From an uncultured Bacilli bacterium (lineage in GTDB: Bacteria > Bacillota_I > Bacilli_A > RF39 > UBA660): a stretch of DNA of 64,000 nt. The stretch is from contig CAKPKL010000006.1 in the NCBI GenBank assembly GCA_934167485.1, forward strand, positions 41,466 through 105,465, given 5' to 3'. The position numbers and the translations under genes are program-made. The number at the start of each line of letters is the position of its first letter. The first letter of the stretch is position 1. The notes beneath the pieces are model-generated. The model made no database searches and was not told the DNA's origin. It saw nothing but the letters and a program-made list of their open reading frames with translations. Of this stretch, positions 39,277 to 47,975 are shown in pieces.

Positions 39277-40395
39277 TTATTCTAATTTAGATTTTAAAAC
39301 TTCTATAACTGGACGTATACCATAACTATCATTACTATTAACATACCTAATATCTAATAAACTAGCATAATATATAATCCATGCGCGATCATTTATATTG
39401 GACATTGGTGAAATAGTCCAATAGCCACGTACTTCAATATCTGAATTATTCAAACAACCATAATCGCTACATTTAGTATATGTTCTATCATATAACCATC
39501 CATAACTACATCCACTTATATCACCTATACCTGTGGAAGAATCAAACGTACAATTTTCGCTAGCATTGTTTAAATTTGAATCAAAATAATAATAATTTAC
39601 GGTTTCTTTTTCATCCCAAGATGTATTATTTGTAATTCGTGCCACTTCATTTGCTGTGATTATTCTTGTTTTATAATTACTATAATCTACCTCATATTGT
39701 GATTTTCCTTCACCTAAATTTATTGAATAGTTTGTTGGTATTTCTGTTCCATGCCAATCTTTTGTATCATCATTTAATTTATTTAAAAATTCTGCACTTG
39801 GCCCTGTTACATTACTTCCGTCTGAATTCCATGCTATTGTTGCCGTTGTATTATGATCTAGTAAAAGATTTACTGTGTCTCCTCCATCATCATTAAATGC
39901 ATAAAATTTCATACATCCATTTTGTTTTCCTGTTCCACCTATTCCATTATATCCTGTATTACTATTTTCTTCTGTATAATTATTGCAAGTCTCTCCCTTC
40001 GTTACATCAAAATATACTACCTGACCATTTGAATAATGACATACAGTATCTTGATACTTATAATTATATTGATTCGCATTATACGTTATAATAACAGATC
40101 CATCCATTGTCTCTTTTGTTTTTGGATTTACAACTTCTTTTGTTTCTAAATATCCTTTTGATAATAATTTAGATAAATTAACACAACTTTCTTTTGAATC
40201 AAAATTATCATTCATACCTTCCTTTAAATAATAATCTCTAGCTGCTTCTTCTATAGTTAATTTTTGTCTTTCTAAAAGAGTATTTTTTGTATTTTTTATA
40301 ATTTTATTTGTAACTATTACTGTAATTGTAGCTATAATTGCAATTACTGTTATTACTGCTAGTAATTCTATTAAAGTAAAACCCTTCTTTTTCAT
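39277..40395 (-). CDS. Modular type IV pilin-like protein, second leader type, with a Cys-rich lectin-like C-terminal module
   Basis: 372 aa. MKKKG|FTLIELLAVITVIAIIATITVIV prepilin motif. C-terminal ...RGYWTISPMSN...AWIIYY...SYGIRPVIEVLKSKLE resembles the YW[ST]S...AW...G[VI]RPV ending of DUF1566/DUF6273-type domains (from memory, not verified). Confidence 0.8.
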   Translation of the reverse strand: MKKKGFTLIELLAVITVIAIIATITVIVTNKIIKNTKNTLLERQKLTIEEAARDYYLKEGMNDNFDSKESCVNLSKLLSKGYLETKEVVNPKTKETMDGSVIITYNANQYNYKYQDTVCHYSNGQVVYFDVTKGETCNNYTEENSNTGYNGIGGTGKQNGCMKFYAFNDDGGDTVNLLLDHNTTATIAWNSDGSNVTGPSAEFLNKLNDDTKDWHGTEIPTNYSINLGEGKSQYEVDYSNYKTRIITANEVARITNNTSWDEKETVNYYYFDSNLNNASENCTFDSSTGIGDISGCSYGWLYDRTYTKCSDYGCLNNSDIEVRGYWTISPMSNINDRAWIIYYASLLDIRYVNSNDSYGIRPVIEVLKSKLE

Positions 40396-40513
40396 GACTC
40401 ACCTTCTTACTATATCAATTATAAAATAAAAAAATAATATAGTCAATAATAGTTTTATGAAACTAGATAATAAAAAATACTTAGTAAAACTACCAAGTAT
40501 CTAAATAACATTA

Positions 40514-40589
40514 TGGTGTCCTGTTAGGGACTCGAACCCTAGACCCACTGATTAAGAGTCAGTTGCTCTACCAACTGAGCTAACAAGAC
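40514..40589 (-). tRNA. tRNA-Lys (anticodon CUU), CCA encoded
   Basis: 76 nt: GTCTTGTTAGCTCAGTTGGTAGAGCAACTGACTCTTAATCAGTGGGTCTAGGGTTCGAGTCCCTAACAGGACACCA. Cloverleaf folded by hand, with anticodon loop CT-CTT-AA. A hairpin plus T run follows it. Confidence 0.9.
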
Positions 40590-40637
40590 AAATAACTACT
40601 AATAAAGTATAACATAAATAAATAAAAAATGAAATAC

Positions 40638-41144
40638 CTATTTCATTTTTTTATTACATTTTATATATTTTTTTTCATATGTATCTAGTTTTCCCTCTTG
40701 ATAATAATTTATTATATCAATAATTTGCATATATTTTGCATACCTATCTTTGAAAAAATGTATTTCATCTGAAGTTAATTTATATCCCTTTAAGAATCTT
40801 TCTATTGAAAGTATATTTGATTTTAAAATATAATCTATAATTTCTTCCCTACTTAATATTTTTTCAATAAAAATTGAAGAAGTAACATACATATCATAAT
40901 AGCCATAATATTCATCAGTATGTTCTAAATATTTACCATAAGATACAACTTTAGCTATATTAATATCTTGATTCATTCCATCCACATATCTAAGTGTATC
41001 TTCTAGTCTCTTACAAAAATGAAATCCATTTCCCCTATTGCCAAATTCTAAATCACCGTTTACTGTATAAAGATTTTTCTCTTTAAATTTCATGCCATAT
41101 CTATTTTCCATATTATTATTAAAAGCTTTATATCCAATCAACAT
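40638..41144 (-). CDS. Hypothetical protein (GYKAF...GFHFC motif protein)
   Basis: 168 aa. MLIGYKAFNNNMENRYGMKF...GNGFHFCKRLEDTLRY. Start moved to ATG 41144 (GTGGTGA RBS). The track start is a GTG. Confidence 0.6.
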   Translation of the reverse strand: MLIGYKAFNNNMENRYGMKFKEKNLYTVNGDLEFGNRGNGFHFCKRLEDTLRYVDGMNQDINIAKVVSYGKYLEHTDEYYGYYDMYVTSSIFIEKILSREEIIDYILKSNILSIERFLKGYKLTSDEIHFFKDRYAKYMQIIDIINYYQEGKLDTYEKKYIKCNKKMK

Positions 41145-41198
41145 GTCGGTCACCACATATCAATATATTATAACATATTTTGTAAAAAGAAAAGAAGA

Positions 41199-42206
41199 TT
41201 ATTTATCCTCTTTAAAATGTTTTACAAAGTTATAAGCATCCCTGCACATATCATCAATATTTAGACTTGCTTCCCAATTAAGTTTCTCTTTAGCATAACT
41301 AGGATCTGCATAACATGCATCTATATCTCCAGGTCTTCTATCAACTATTTTATATTTAACATCTATATTATTTACTTTCTTAAAAGTTTCAACTAAATCA
41401 AGTACACTATAACCATTTCCAGTACCTAGATTATAACAATCAACACCTGTTTCATTATTTATTTTTTCAATAGCTTTAATATGACCACGTGCTAAATCTA
41501 CTACATGTATATAATCTCTTACTCCTGTACCATCTGGTGTATCATAGTCATTACCAAACACACTTAAAATTTCTAATTCCTTATTAGCTACTTTAACAAT
41601 ATAAGGCATTAAATTATTTGGTATATCATTAGGATTTTCACCAATTAATCCAGATTTATGAGCTCCTATTGGATTAAAATATCTAAGAATCGCGATAGAC
41701 CAAGAATTATCTGATTTATATAAATCTTTCAATATTCCTTCTATCATAAGCTTAGTAGAACCGTATGGATTAGTAGTTGACAAAGGGAAATCTTCTTTAA
41801 TTGGTAAACTTGCTGGTTTTCCATAAACTGTCGCACTTGATGAAAATACAATTTTTTTGCAATTATTTTCCTTCATTACTTCTAATAATGTGATTGTAGA
41901 ATCTAAATTATTTCTATAATACATAAGAGGTTCTCTAACAGATTCACCAACTGCTTTATAACCTGCAAAATGTATAACTGCATCTATATCATTTTCATCA
42001 AATATTTTTTCTAGTGTACTCTTATTGCAACAATCCCCTTCATAAAATTTAACATCTTTATTTGTTATTTCTTTAATTTTATCTACTACACTTCTTTTAG
42101 AGTTTGATAAATTATCAATTATTATAACATTATAGTCATTATCCAATAATTCAACACACGTGTGACTACCTATATAACCTGTACCACCTGTAACTAAAAC
42201 ATTCAT
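41199..42206 (-). CDS. galE: UDP-glucose 4-epimerase GalE
   Basis: 335 aa. VLVTGGTGYIGSH Rossmann motif, SSSATVYG, catalytic YGSTK, C-terminal RPGDIDACYADP. Confidence 0.93.
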   Translation of the reverse strand: MNVLVTGGTGYIGSHTCVELLDNDYNVIIIDNLSNSKRSVVDKIKEITNKDVKFYEGDCCNKSTLEKIFDENDIDAVIHFAGYKAVGESVREPLMYYRNNLDSTITLLEVMKENNCKKIVFSSSATVYGKPASLPIKEDFPLSTTNPYGSTKLMIEGILKDLYKSDNSWSIAILRYFNPIGAHKSGLIGENPNDIPNNLMPYIVKVANKELEILSVFGNDYDTPDGTGVRDYIHVVDLARGHIKAIEKINNETGVDCYNLGTGNGYSVLDLVETFKKVNNIDVKYKIVDRRPGDIDACYADPSYAKEKLNWEASLNIDDMCRDAYNFVKHFKEDK

Positions 42207-42600
42207 AAATACCTCCTATATTTACAATATAAGTATACTATAAATTATAAAATTTGTACATAAAAAGGATTAAATTTTATAATTTAACCCTACTATTTTT
42301 TTAATTCTAAAATAGGCATACTAGATAATTTATCTGTATCTATTACACACTCACCATCTAAAGACATTTCCCTTAATGGAATACTCATATTATTTTGTTT
42401 AGTTGTGCGAGTTGTATCTATTAAATAACTATATTTTCCAATTATATCTTCAATACTATTTAAACTATTATTTAAAGCATTATCAATTAGTTTTAAAATT
42501 CTAAAATCAAAAAAAACTAATTTATCTCTTGTTTTGTTTGACAATTATAATTATACTACAAATTTATCAATCATTCTTATGTTTAATACAACTTTTAAAT

Positions 42601-42625
42601 AAAAAACTAACTATTTCTAGTTAGC
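42601..42625 (-). terminator. Terminator of the two-tRNA transcription unit
   Basis: Minus strand CTAACTA-GAAA-TAGTTAG followed by T6. Confidence 0.55.
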
Positions 42626-42666
42626 ATTTACTACTTAAACTCGAAAAGTTCGAGTAACTATCAATC

Positions 42667-42751
42667 TGGTGCGAGTGAAGGGACTTGAACCCCCATGCCG
42701 TAAGGCGCTAGATCCTAAGTCTAGTGCGTCTGCCAATTTCGCCACACTCGC
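42667..42751 (-). tRNA. tRNA-Leu (anticodon UAG), long variable arm, CCA encoded
   Basis: 85 nt: GCGAGTGTGGCGAAATTGGCAGACGCACTAGACTTAGGATCTAGCGCCTTACGGCATGGGGGTTCAAGTCCCTTCACTCGCACCA. Anticodon loop CT-TAG-GA. Confidence 0.9.
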
Positions 42752-42761
42752 AAATAAAAAA

Positions 42762-42838
42762 TGGTGGATCTTGTAGGACTCGAACCTACGACCGCCCGGT
42801 TATGAGCCGGATGCTCTAACCAACTGAGCTAAAGATCC
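42762..42838 (-). tRNA. tRNA with CAU anticodon (elongator Met or lysidine-modified Ile2; the body looks Ile-like)
   Basis: 77 nt: GGATCTTTAGCTCAGTTGGTTAGAGCATCCGGCTCATAACCGGGCGGTCGTAGGTTCGAGTCCTACAAGATCCACCA. Anticodon loop CT-CAT-AA. The identity cannot be settled without a classifier. Confidence 0.85.
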
Positions 42839-42850
42839 ATCGACTTATTT

Positions 42851-42879
42851 AATATATCATATATTTTTATAAGTTGCAA
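42851..42879 (-). promoter_or_regulatory. Sigma-A promoter of the tRNA pair
   Basis: TTGCAA (42879..42874), 17 nt spacer, TATATT (42856..42851), ~12 nt before the tRNA 5' end. Confidence 0.5.
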
Positions 42880-42944
42880 TACTTTTTTGAAATTTTTTTA
42901 ATTCTAATTAATTTTATTCAAAAAAAAATAAAGTTTAATCAACC

Positions 42945-43364
42945 TTATTTTTGAATCATATTTAATAAATTAATTTTAAACATATCTTTTTCAGCATGTT
43001 CTTTTGAAACCATTACTCCTTTATATGTAACCAGCTCAGAAGCATGTCCTTCACTTAAAATATCCATAGGTTCAAATTTATCTAGCATAACTATTCGTTC
43101 ATTATTATAAACTAAATAATATAATTTAATATCACCGTGAACTTTTGAAAACATAGCATCAGTTGGTAGTTTTAATTCATAAGTTGTAGTGTTATTTGAT
43201 TGATTTGTTGAAATAACTTTACCTAAAAATTTTCCTTCTTTTAAAGCTGGATAATATTCAAAATATAATTTTTTATAAGCTAACATATTATATTTTTTAA
43301 TAGCTCTTTCCAGTTTTTTAAATTCATTTTCATTTACATAATCAAATATATATGTTTCTTTCAT
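42945..43364 (-). CDS. Hypothetical protein
   Basis: 139 aa. Strong AGGAGGTG RBS. No motif I can place. The stretch DIKLYYLVYNNERIVMLDKF is loosely reminiscent of RelE/ParE-type strands, which is too weak to call. Confidence 0.6.
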   Translation of the reverse strand: MKETYIFDYVNENEFKKLERAIKKYNMLAYKKLYFEYYPALKEGKFLGKVISTNQSNNTTTYELKLPTDAMFSKVHGDIKLYYLVYNNERIVMLDKFEPMDILSEGHASELVTYKGVMVSKEHAEKDMFKINLLNMIQK

Positions 43365-43465
43365 AGTTCACCTCCTATGTTACTCTATTTACTATAATAA
43401 TCTTAACATATACAGCACCTTTTGTCAAACGAAAAAGGCGCAAAAAAAGTGCATAAAACACTTTT

Positions 43466-44866
43466 TTATATTTCCTTGACATTTCCTGTTAATTTATATC
43501 CTTTACCTATTAAATTAGAATCAAATTTACTTTCACTCCATTTAATATCTGTAATGCCTTTAACAAATGTACAAGTTCTATACCTATAATAAGTTACATC
43601 TTTATATGTTGGAACTTTAATAACTTCATATACTGGTTTAGTAACTTCTTCAGTAACATCAACTGTTTTATATCCATAAACTGGTACTTGTTCTTCTTCA
43701 AATACATCTACTGATTTATAAACTGGTACTGTTACTTCTTTTTCAACTACATCCATTACTGGTGTTACCTCATAAATTTCCCAAGTATATAATAAATTAT
43801 TTGTACAATATGAACAAGATTCAACTTCATCTACACTTATTTGTTTATATATTCTAGTAGCTGTATTATTTGGAACTCTTGCTCCAGATTCTACACCTAT
43901 TTTTGTAGTTACTGTACCTACTTGAACTTCTTCAGTAACCTTCTTAGTTGTAGTTCCAGCCCATACATCTTTTTTACCTTTATATACTAATTTTGTAATA
44001 TATTTTTTAACATATTCTTCAGTTTTTGTTCCTACAGCAACAGTCTCTGTTTTAGTTCCAGTTTGAATTTTTACTTCTTTATTTCCTGTAAATTCTTTTT
44101 CAGTCTTAGTTTGAACTTTAACCGTATCAGTCTCTGTTACAGCTTCTTTTTGCCAACTAGACCAGTTATTACAATTCTCACAATCCTCAGTTACTAATTT
44201 ATATTCATAAGAATACTTTTTAGTTATTGGAGTTGGTCCATTACAAGATAACTCGTAAGCTTGTTTATTTACTATATTACCATTTCTATCATAATAGTTA
44301 CCATTTACTACTTGACAACTATATCTTTCTGGATTTTCAGGATTTATAGTTTGTTCTTCGTTTTTTGTAACCTTTGATGGAGTTGGTACTCTTTTTTCAC
44401 AAATTCCACCAGGACAATAATTATAACATCCTAAATATACAATTATGTAATCTTCTACATCTCCACAACTTAAGTTAACTTTAAGTCTATATTCTTCAGA
44501 ATACTTAGTCATTTCAACATATGATTTAGTTACATGGCAAGCCTTCCCATCTTTATCTTTCATCTTTAACACTAAATGTAAATCATACATTTCTTGTAAA
44601 GTTAATTTTTTTGATTCACCCACTACTTGTGGCATTCTTTCATTAGTAAAATACCCTATAGCAGCATCTTTCATTCTTCCTACATTATTTGCAAATATTT
44701 CATCATATAAAACTGATAATCTTTCCAAATCATAAGTACTTTGTAATTTATTTACATCCCATTTGGTGGGAAACAACCATAACATTAAAAATATAAATAA
44801 AAGCACTAATAAAATTGTTAAGAAAAAGCTTTTAAATGAAAATTTATCTTTTCTTTCCTCGTACAT
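43466..44866 (-). CDS. Membrane-anchored Cys-rich protein with Thr/Val/Lys-rich and PVY-repeat C-terminal region, function unknown
   Basis: 466 aa. N-terminal TM helix FFLTILLVLLFIFLMLWLF. About 17 Cys residues. Repeats VPVYKSVDV / VPVYGYKTVDV / KPVYEVIKV / PTYKDVTY. AAGGGGGA RBS. Confidence 0.7.
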   Translation of the reverse strand: MYEERKDKFSFKSFFLTILLVLLFIFLMLWLFPTKWDVNKLQSTYDLERLSVLYDEIFANNVGRMKDAAIGYFTNERMPQVVGESKKLTLQEMYDLHLVLKMKDKDGKACHVTKSYVEMTKYSEEYRLKVNLSCGDVEDYIIVYLGCYNYCPGGICEKRVPTPSKVTKNEEQTINPENPERYSCQVVNGNYYDRNGNIVNKQAYELSCNGPTPITKKYSYEYKLVTEDCENCNNWSSWQKEAVTETDTVKVQTKTEKEFTGNKEVKIQTGTKTETVAVGTKTEEYVKKYITKLVYKGKKDVWAGTTTKKVTEEVQVGTVTTKIGVESGARVPNNTATRIYKQISVDEVESCSYCTNNLLYTWEIYEVTPVMDVVEKEVTVPVYKSVDVFEEEQVPVYGYKTVDVTEEVTKPVYEVIKVPTYKDVTYYRYRTCTFVKGITDIKWSESKFDSNLIGKGYKLTGNVKEI

Positions 44867-44896
44867 AAAAATCCCCCTTGCTTTTTAATGTCCTAT

Positions 44897-44925
44897 ATGA
44901 TAGCACTATTATTTAAATTTGTCAA
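44897..44925 (-). promoter_or_regulatory. Sigma-A promoter of the 43466..44866 gene
   Basis: TTGACA (44925..44920), 17 nt spacer, TATCAT (44902..44897). It follows the tyrS terminator hairpin AGGGATTA-TTAAG-TAATCCTT + T run. Confidence 0.55.
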
Positions 44926-44960
44926 GTTCAACAAGTTTTTTATTTTAAAGAAAAAAAGGA

Positions 44961-46187
44961 TTACTTAATAATCCCTAAAAAATACTTTTTCTTACCTCTT
45001 CTTATAACAATTACTTTATTATCTATTGCAATAGAATTATTTATAATCATATTTTCATCATTGACTACATCTCCATTTATGCTTATAGCATTTCCATTTA
45101 AAAATTCCCTTGCTTCCCTTCTTGATGAAGCTATAGAATTGTTAATTAATAAATCTATTAAAGGAATTTCTTCATTTATTTCAAATGTAGGAACACCTTT
45201 AAAACATAATTCAATTTCAGATGATGTAAGGCCCTTTACATTTCCACTAAATAAAGCTTCACTCATACTAAGAGCATGATTAAATTCTTCTTCGCCATGT
45301 AAGAATGTTATAACTTCGCGTGCAAGAGTTTTTTGAGCAAGTCTTTTTTCTGGTGAAAAATTATGACTTTCTTCTATTTGTTCTATTTCTTCTTTTGTTA
45401 AAAATGTTAATTTTTTTAAGTAATCAATAACACATTTATCATCCGTATTAATTAAGTATTGATATAATTCATAACTAGATGTTTTATTTTTATCTAACCA
45501 TAATGCATTACCTTCTGTTTTACCAAATTTTACACCATTTGCATCTAACACTAAAGGCATTGTCATACCATATAATTCTACATCATTTTTTTTGCGCGCT
45601 AATTCTATACCTGTAGTTATATTACCCCATTGATCAGATCCAGCTACTTGAAGTGTAACTCCCCTTGTTTCATTTAAATGTACAAAATCCATTCCTTGTA
45701 AAATTGTATAAGCAAACTCACAAAAAGTAATACCTGTATCAAGTCTTCTACTAATTATATCTTTATCTAACATATAATTTACATTAATATATTTTCCATA
45801 ATCTCTTAAAAAATCTAGTATATTTATGTCTTTGGTCCAATCATAATTGTTTACAACTTCAAAGCCAAATATTTCTTTTGCTTGACGAGTTAACCCTAAA
45901 ACATTGTGTTCTACAGCCTCTTTAGTTATCATTTGTCGTTCTTTTGAAGGTTTAGGATCTCCAATTAATCCTGTAGCGCCACCAATCAATAATATAGGTT
46001 TATGCCCATAACGAGCCAATCTAGTAGCAATTAAAAAACTTGAAAAGTGTCCTATATGCATACTATCAGCTGTTGGATCTGTACCAATATAAAATGTTAA
46101 ACTTTCCTCATTTAATTTTTTTTCTATATCTGGTGAACTTATATCTTTAATAAGTCCCCTCCATTTTAAATCTTCAAATAATGTCAT
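44961..46187 (-). CDS. tyrS: Tyrosine--tRNA ligase
   Basis: 408 aa. HIGH variant DSMHIGH, KFGKT (KMSKS), C-terminal S4 domain. Confidence 0.96.
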   Translation of the reverse strand: MTLFEDLKWRGLIKDISSPDIEKKLNEESLTFYIGTDPTADSMHIGHFSSFLIATRLARYGHKPILLIGGATGLIGDPKPSKERQMITKEAVEHNVLGLTRQAKEIFGFEVVNNYDWTKDINILDFLRDYGKYINVNYMLDKDIISRRLDTGITFCEFAYTILQGMDFVHLNETRGVTLQVAGSDQWGNITTGIELARKKNDVELYGMTMPLVLDANGVKFGKTEGNALWLDKNKTSSYELYQYLINTDDKCVIDYLKKLTFLTKEEIEQIEESHNFSPEKRLAQKTLAREVITFLHGEEEFNHALSMSEALFSGNVKGLTSSEIELCFKGVPTFEINEEIPLIDLLINNSIASSRREAREFLNGNAISINGDVVNDENMIINNSIAIDNKVIVIRRGKKKYFLGIIK

Positions 46188-46188
46188 A

Positions 46189-46866
46189 TTATCTCTCCTC
46201 TTTTATTTGATGGTCATGCTTACAATCACATTCCATAATTTTAACACCACTACTAGTGCCTAATCTTGTTGCCCCAGCATTTATCATATCGCTTGCTGTC
46301 TCAAAGCTTCTAATTCCGCCACTTGCTTTTATTTCTAAAACGTCGTTTTTATACTTATTAATAAGTTCTACATCCTCTACTCTAGCACCATAATCACTAA
46401 AACCTGTACTAGTTTTTATAAAATTAACAAATGTTTCATTACATATTTCAGTCATCTTAATTATTTCTTCTTTTGTAAGCAAACATGTTTCAATTATTAC
46501 TTTCAACACTTTACCATCTATTGCATCTCTAATTTCTTCTATTTCATTTTTTACATAATCATAATCTTTGTTTTTAAGTGCTGAAATATTAATTACCATA
46601 TCTATTTCATCAGCACCATTTTCAACAGCATTTATTGCTTCGAAAACTTTTGTATCTGTTGTACTCATTCCACTTGGAAAACCTATTACTGTACAAACAT
46701 CTACATTTGATTTTTTAAGTAAGTTATGAGCAAGAGTTACATAGTATGGATAAACACACACACTAGCAAACTTATATTTTATTGCCTCATTGCAAAGTTT
46801 TTCTATATCCTTTAGAGTTGCTGTATTATTTAAATTAGTATGATCTATATATTTATTTATTTCCAT
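46189..46866 (-). CDS. deoC: Deoxyribose-phosphate aldolase
   Basis: 225 aa. IDHTNL..., VCTVIGFPSG, Schiff-base region FIKTSTGF, IKASGGIR. Confidence 0.93.
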   Translation of the reverse strand: MEINKYIDHTNLNNTATLKDIEKLCNEAIKYKFASVCVYPYYVTLAHNLLKKSNVDVCTVIGFPSGMSTTDTKVFEAINAVENGADEIDMVINISALKNKDYDYVKNEIEEIRDAIDGKVLKVIIETCLLTKEEIIKMTEICNETFVNFIKTSTGFSDYGARVEDVELINKYKNDVLEIKASGGIRSFETASDMINAGATRLGTSSGVKIMECDCKHDHQIKEER

Positions 46867-47492
46867 TATAATTCCTCCTTTAAATCTTCAATTTTTCTAA
46901 TCGTAGGATATTTGGTATTACCAAATTTATTTAAATGAAATACATTCATTCCCATTTCATATGGCACTTTTATATCTATATTTAAGTTATCTCCAATCAT
47001 AACACACTCATTGGGCTTTAAATCTCCTATTACTTCATTAAAACATTCTTTATAAGGTTTCATAGGTATAATATCTGTACCATAAACTTTATCAAAATAC
47101 TTAAGAATTCCAGCCTCTTTTAATCTTTCTTTTTGTGAATTAGTAAACCAATTAGTTAATATAACAAGTTCATATTTGTCTTTCAAATATTCTAAAGTTT
47201 CTATCACACTACTAGATACTGGAGTTATTAACTTATTATACATCAGAAAAAAATCTTCTAGTAATTCTTTCGTACAATTTAAATTCAGAGTTTTATTTAC
47301 TGTATTTAGTAATTTATCTATTTCATAATATTTAGTATTTTCATCTAATTCATAAGATCCAATTGCTTTAAATAAATCTTTGCCTTTAATATTTAAATTA
47401 TGTTTATCTAAAACACTCTGAAAATGTATTTCATAATCTTTTGGAAAATCTATCAAAGTATTATCTAAATCAAAAATAACTCTTTTTATCAT
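46866..47492 (-). CDS. HAD-superfamily hydrolase (subfamily IA-like)
   Basis: 208 aa. Motif I VIFDLDNTL, motif II ILTN, motif IV GDNLNIDI. Confidence 0.85.
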   Translation of the reverse strand: MIKRVIFDLDNTLIDFPKDYEIHFQSVLDKHNLNIKGKDLFKAIGSYELDENTKYYEIDKLLNTVNKTLNLNCTKELLEDFFLMYNKLITPVSSSVIETLEYLKDKYELVILTNWFTNSQKERLKEAGILKYFDKVYGTDIIPMKPYKECFNEVIGDLKPNECVMIGDNLNIDIKVPYEMGMNVFHLNKFGNTKYPTIRKIEDLKEEL

Positions 47493-47499
47493 ATACCCT

Positions 47500-47714
47500 C
47501 CTATTATTTATAAATAAAAAAATATTATAAATATAGGGACATGAAACACGTGGTACCACCCTACTTCATAATATTTAATATTATCTCTTAACTATAACGC
47601 ATTACCGTATTGAAAGGTACTTCATTATTTTAACTTGTCTAGTTTTCATCAACCACTAAATTTCTATTTGCCATTAAAATAATTACTACTTCTGCTTCAA
47701 CTAATTAGATTATA
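47500..47714 (-). promoter_or_regulatory. T-box leader (probably Tyr) with extended -10 promoter, upstream of the HAD-deoC-tyrS operon
   Basis: Minus strand TGTTATAAT (47717..47709). Stem I has an AGUGGUUGA distal element. The specifier-side loop GAAGUACC contains UAC (47619..47617). T-box sequence GUAGGGUGGUACCACGUG at 47564..47547. Confidence 0.8.
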
Positions 47715-47789
47715 ACACATATTAAAATTTTTTTGAATACTAAATTTATTTTTTATCAAATTTATTATTAATAAATCAAAAAAAGAAGA

Positions 47790-47975
47790 CTATTTAGTTT
47801 CTTCTTTTTTTACTATATCTTTACCTTTATAAGTTCCGCAAGCTAAGCATACTCTATGTGGTCTTACTTCCTCACCACATTTTGGACATTTAACTGTTGC
47901 ATTTTCACTTATTTTATAATGTGTTCTTCTTTTTCTACCTCTAGTATTACTTACTTTTCTAAATGGTACAGCCAT
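47790..47975 (-). CDS. rpmF: 50S ribosomal protein L32
   Basis: 61 aa. [19 protein letters not shown] and zinc-ribbon CPKCGE...CLACG. Confidence 0.96.
   Translation of the reverse strand: MAVPFRKVSNTRGRKRRTHYKISENATVKCPKCGEEVRPHRVCLACGTYKGKDIVKKEETK

Noticed and set aside
31820-40091. Plus-strand ORFs 31820..32017, 35017..35436, 35689..35877, 39666..39896 and 39897..40091
   Set aside because: They are antisense to the methyltransferase gene, the trmD-downstream ORFs, trmD and the pilin-lectin gene. They show the same compositional shadow pattern.
42293-42544. 83-aa minus-strand ORF between galE and tRNA-Leu
   Set aside because: It starts at a TTG with no RBS-like sequence upstream, and it lies downstream of the tRNA-unit terminator. 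I can recognise no motif. It is kept only as a doubtful ORF, not a feature.
40396-42944. Prophage or integrative element at the tRNA genes
   Set aside because: I found no integrase, excisionase, phage structural genes or duplicated tRNA 3' ends in the flanks.
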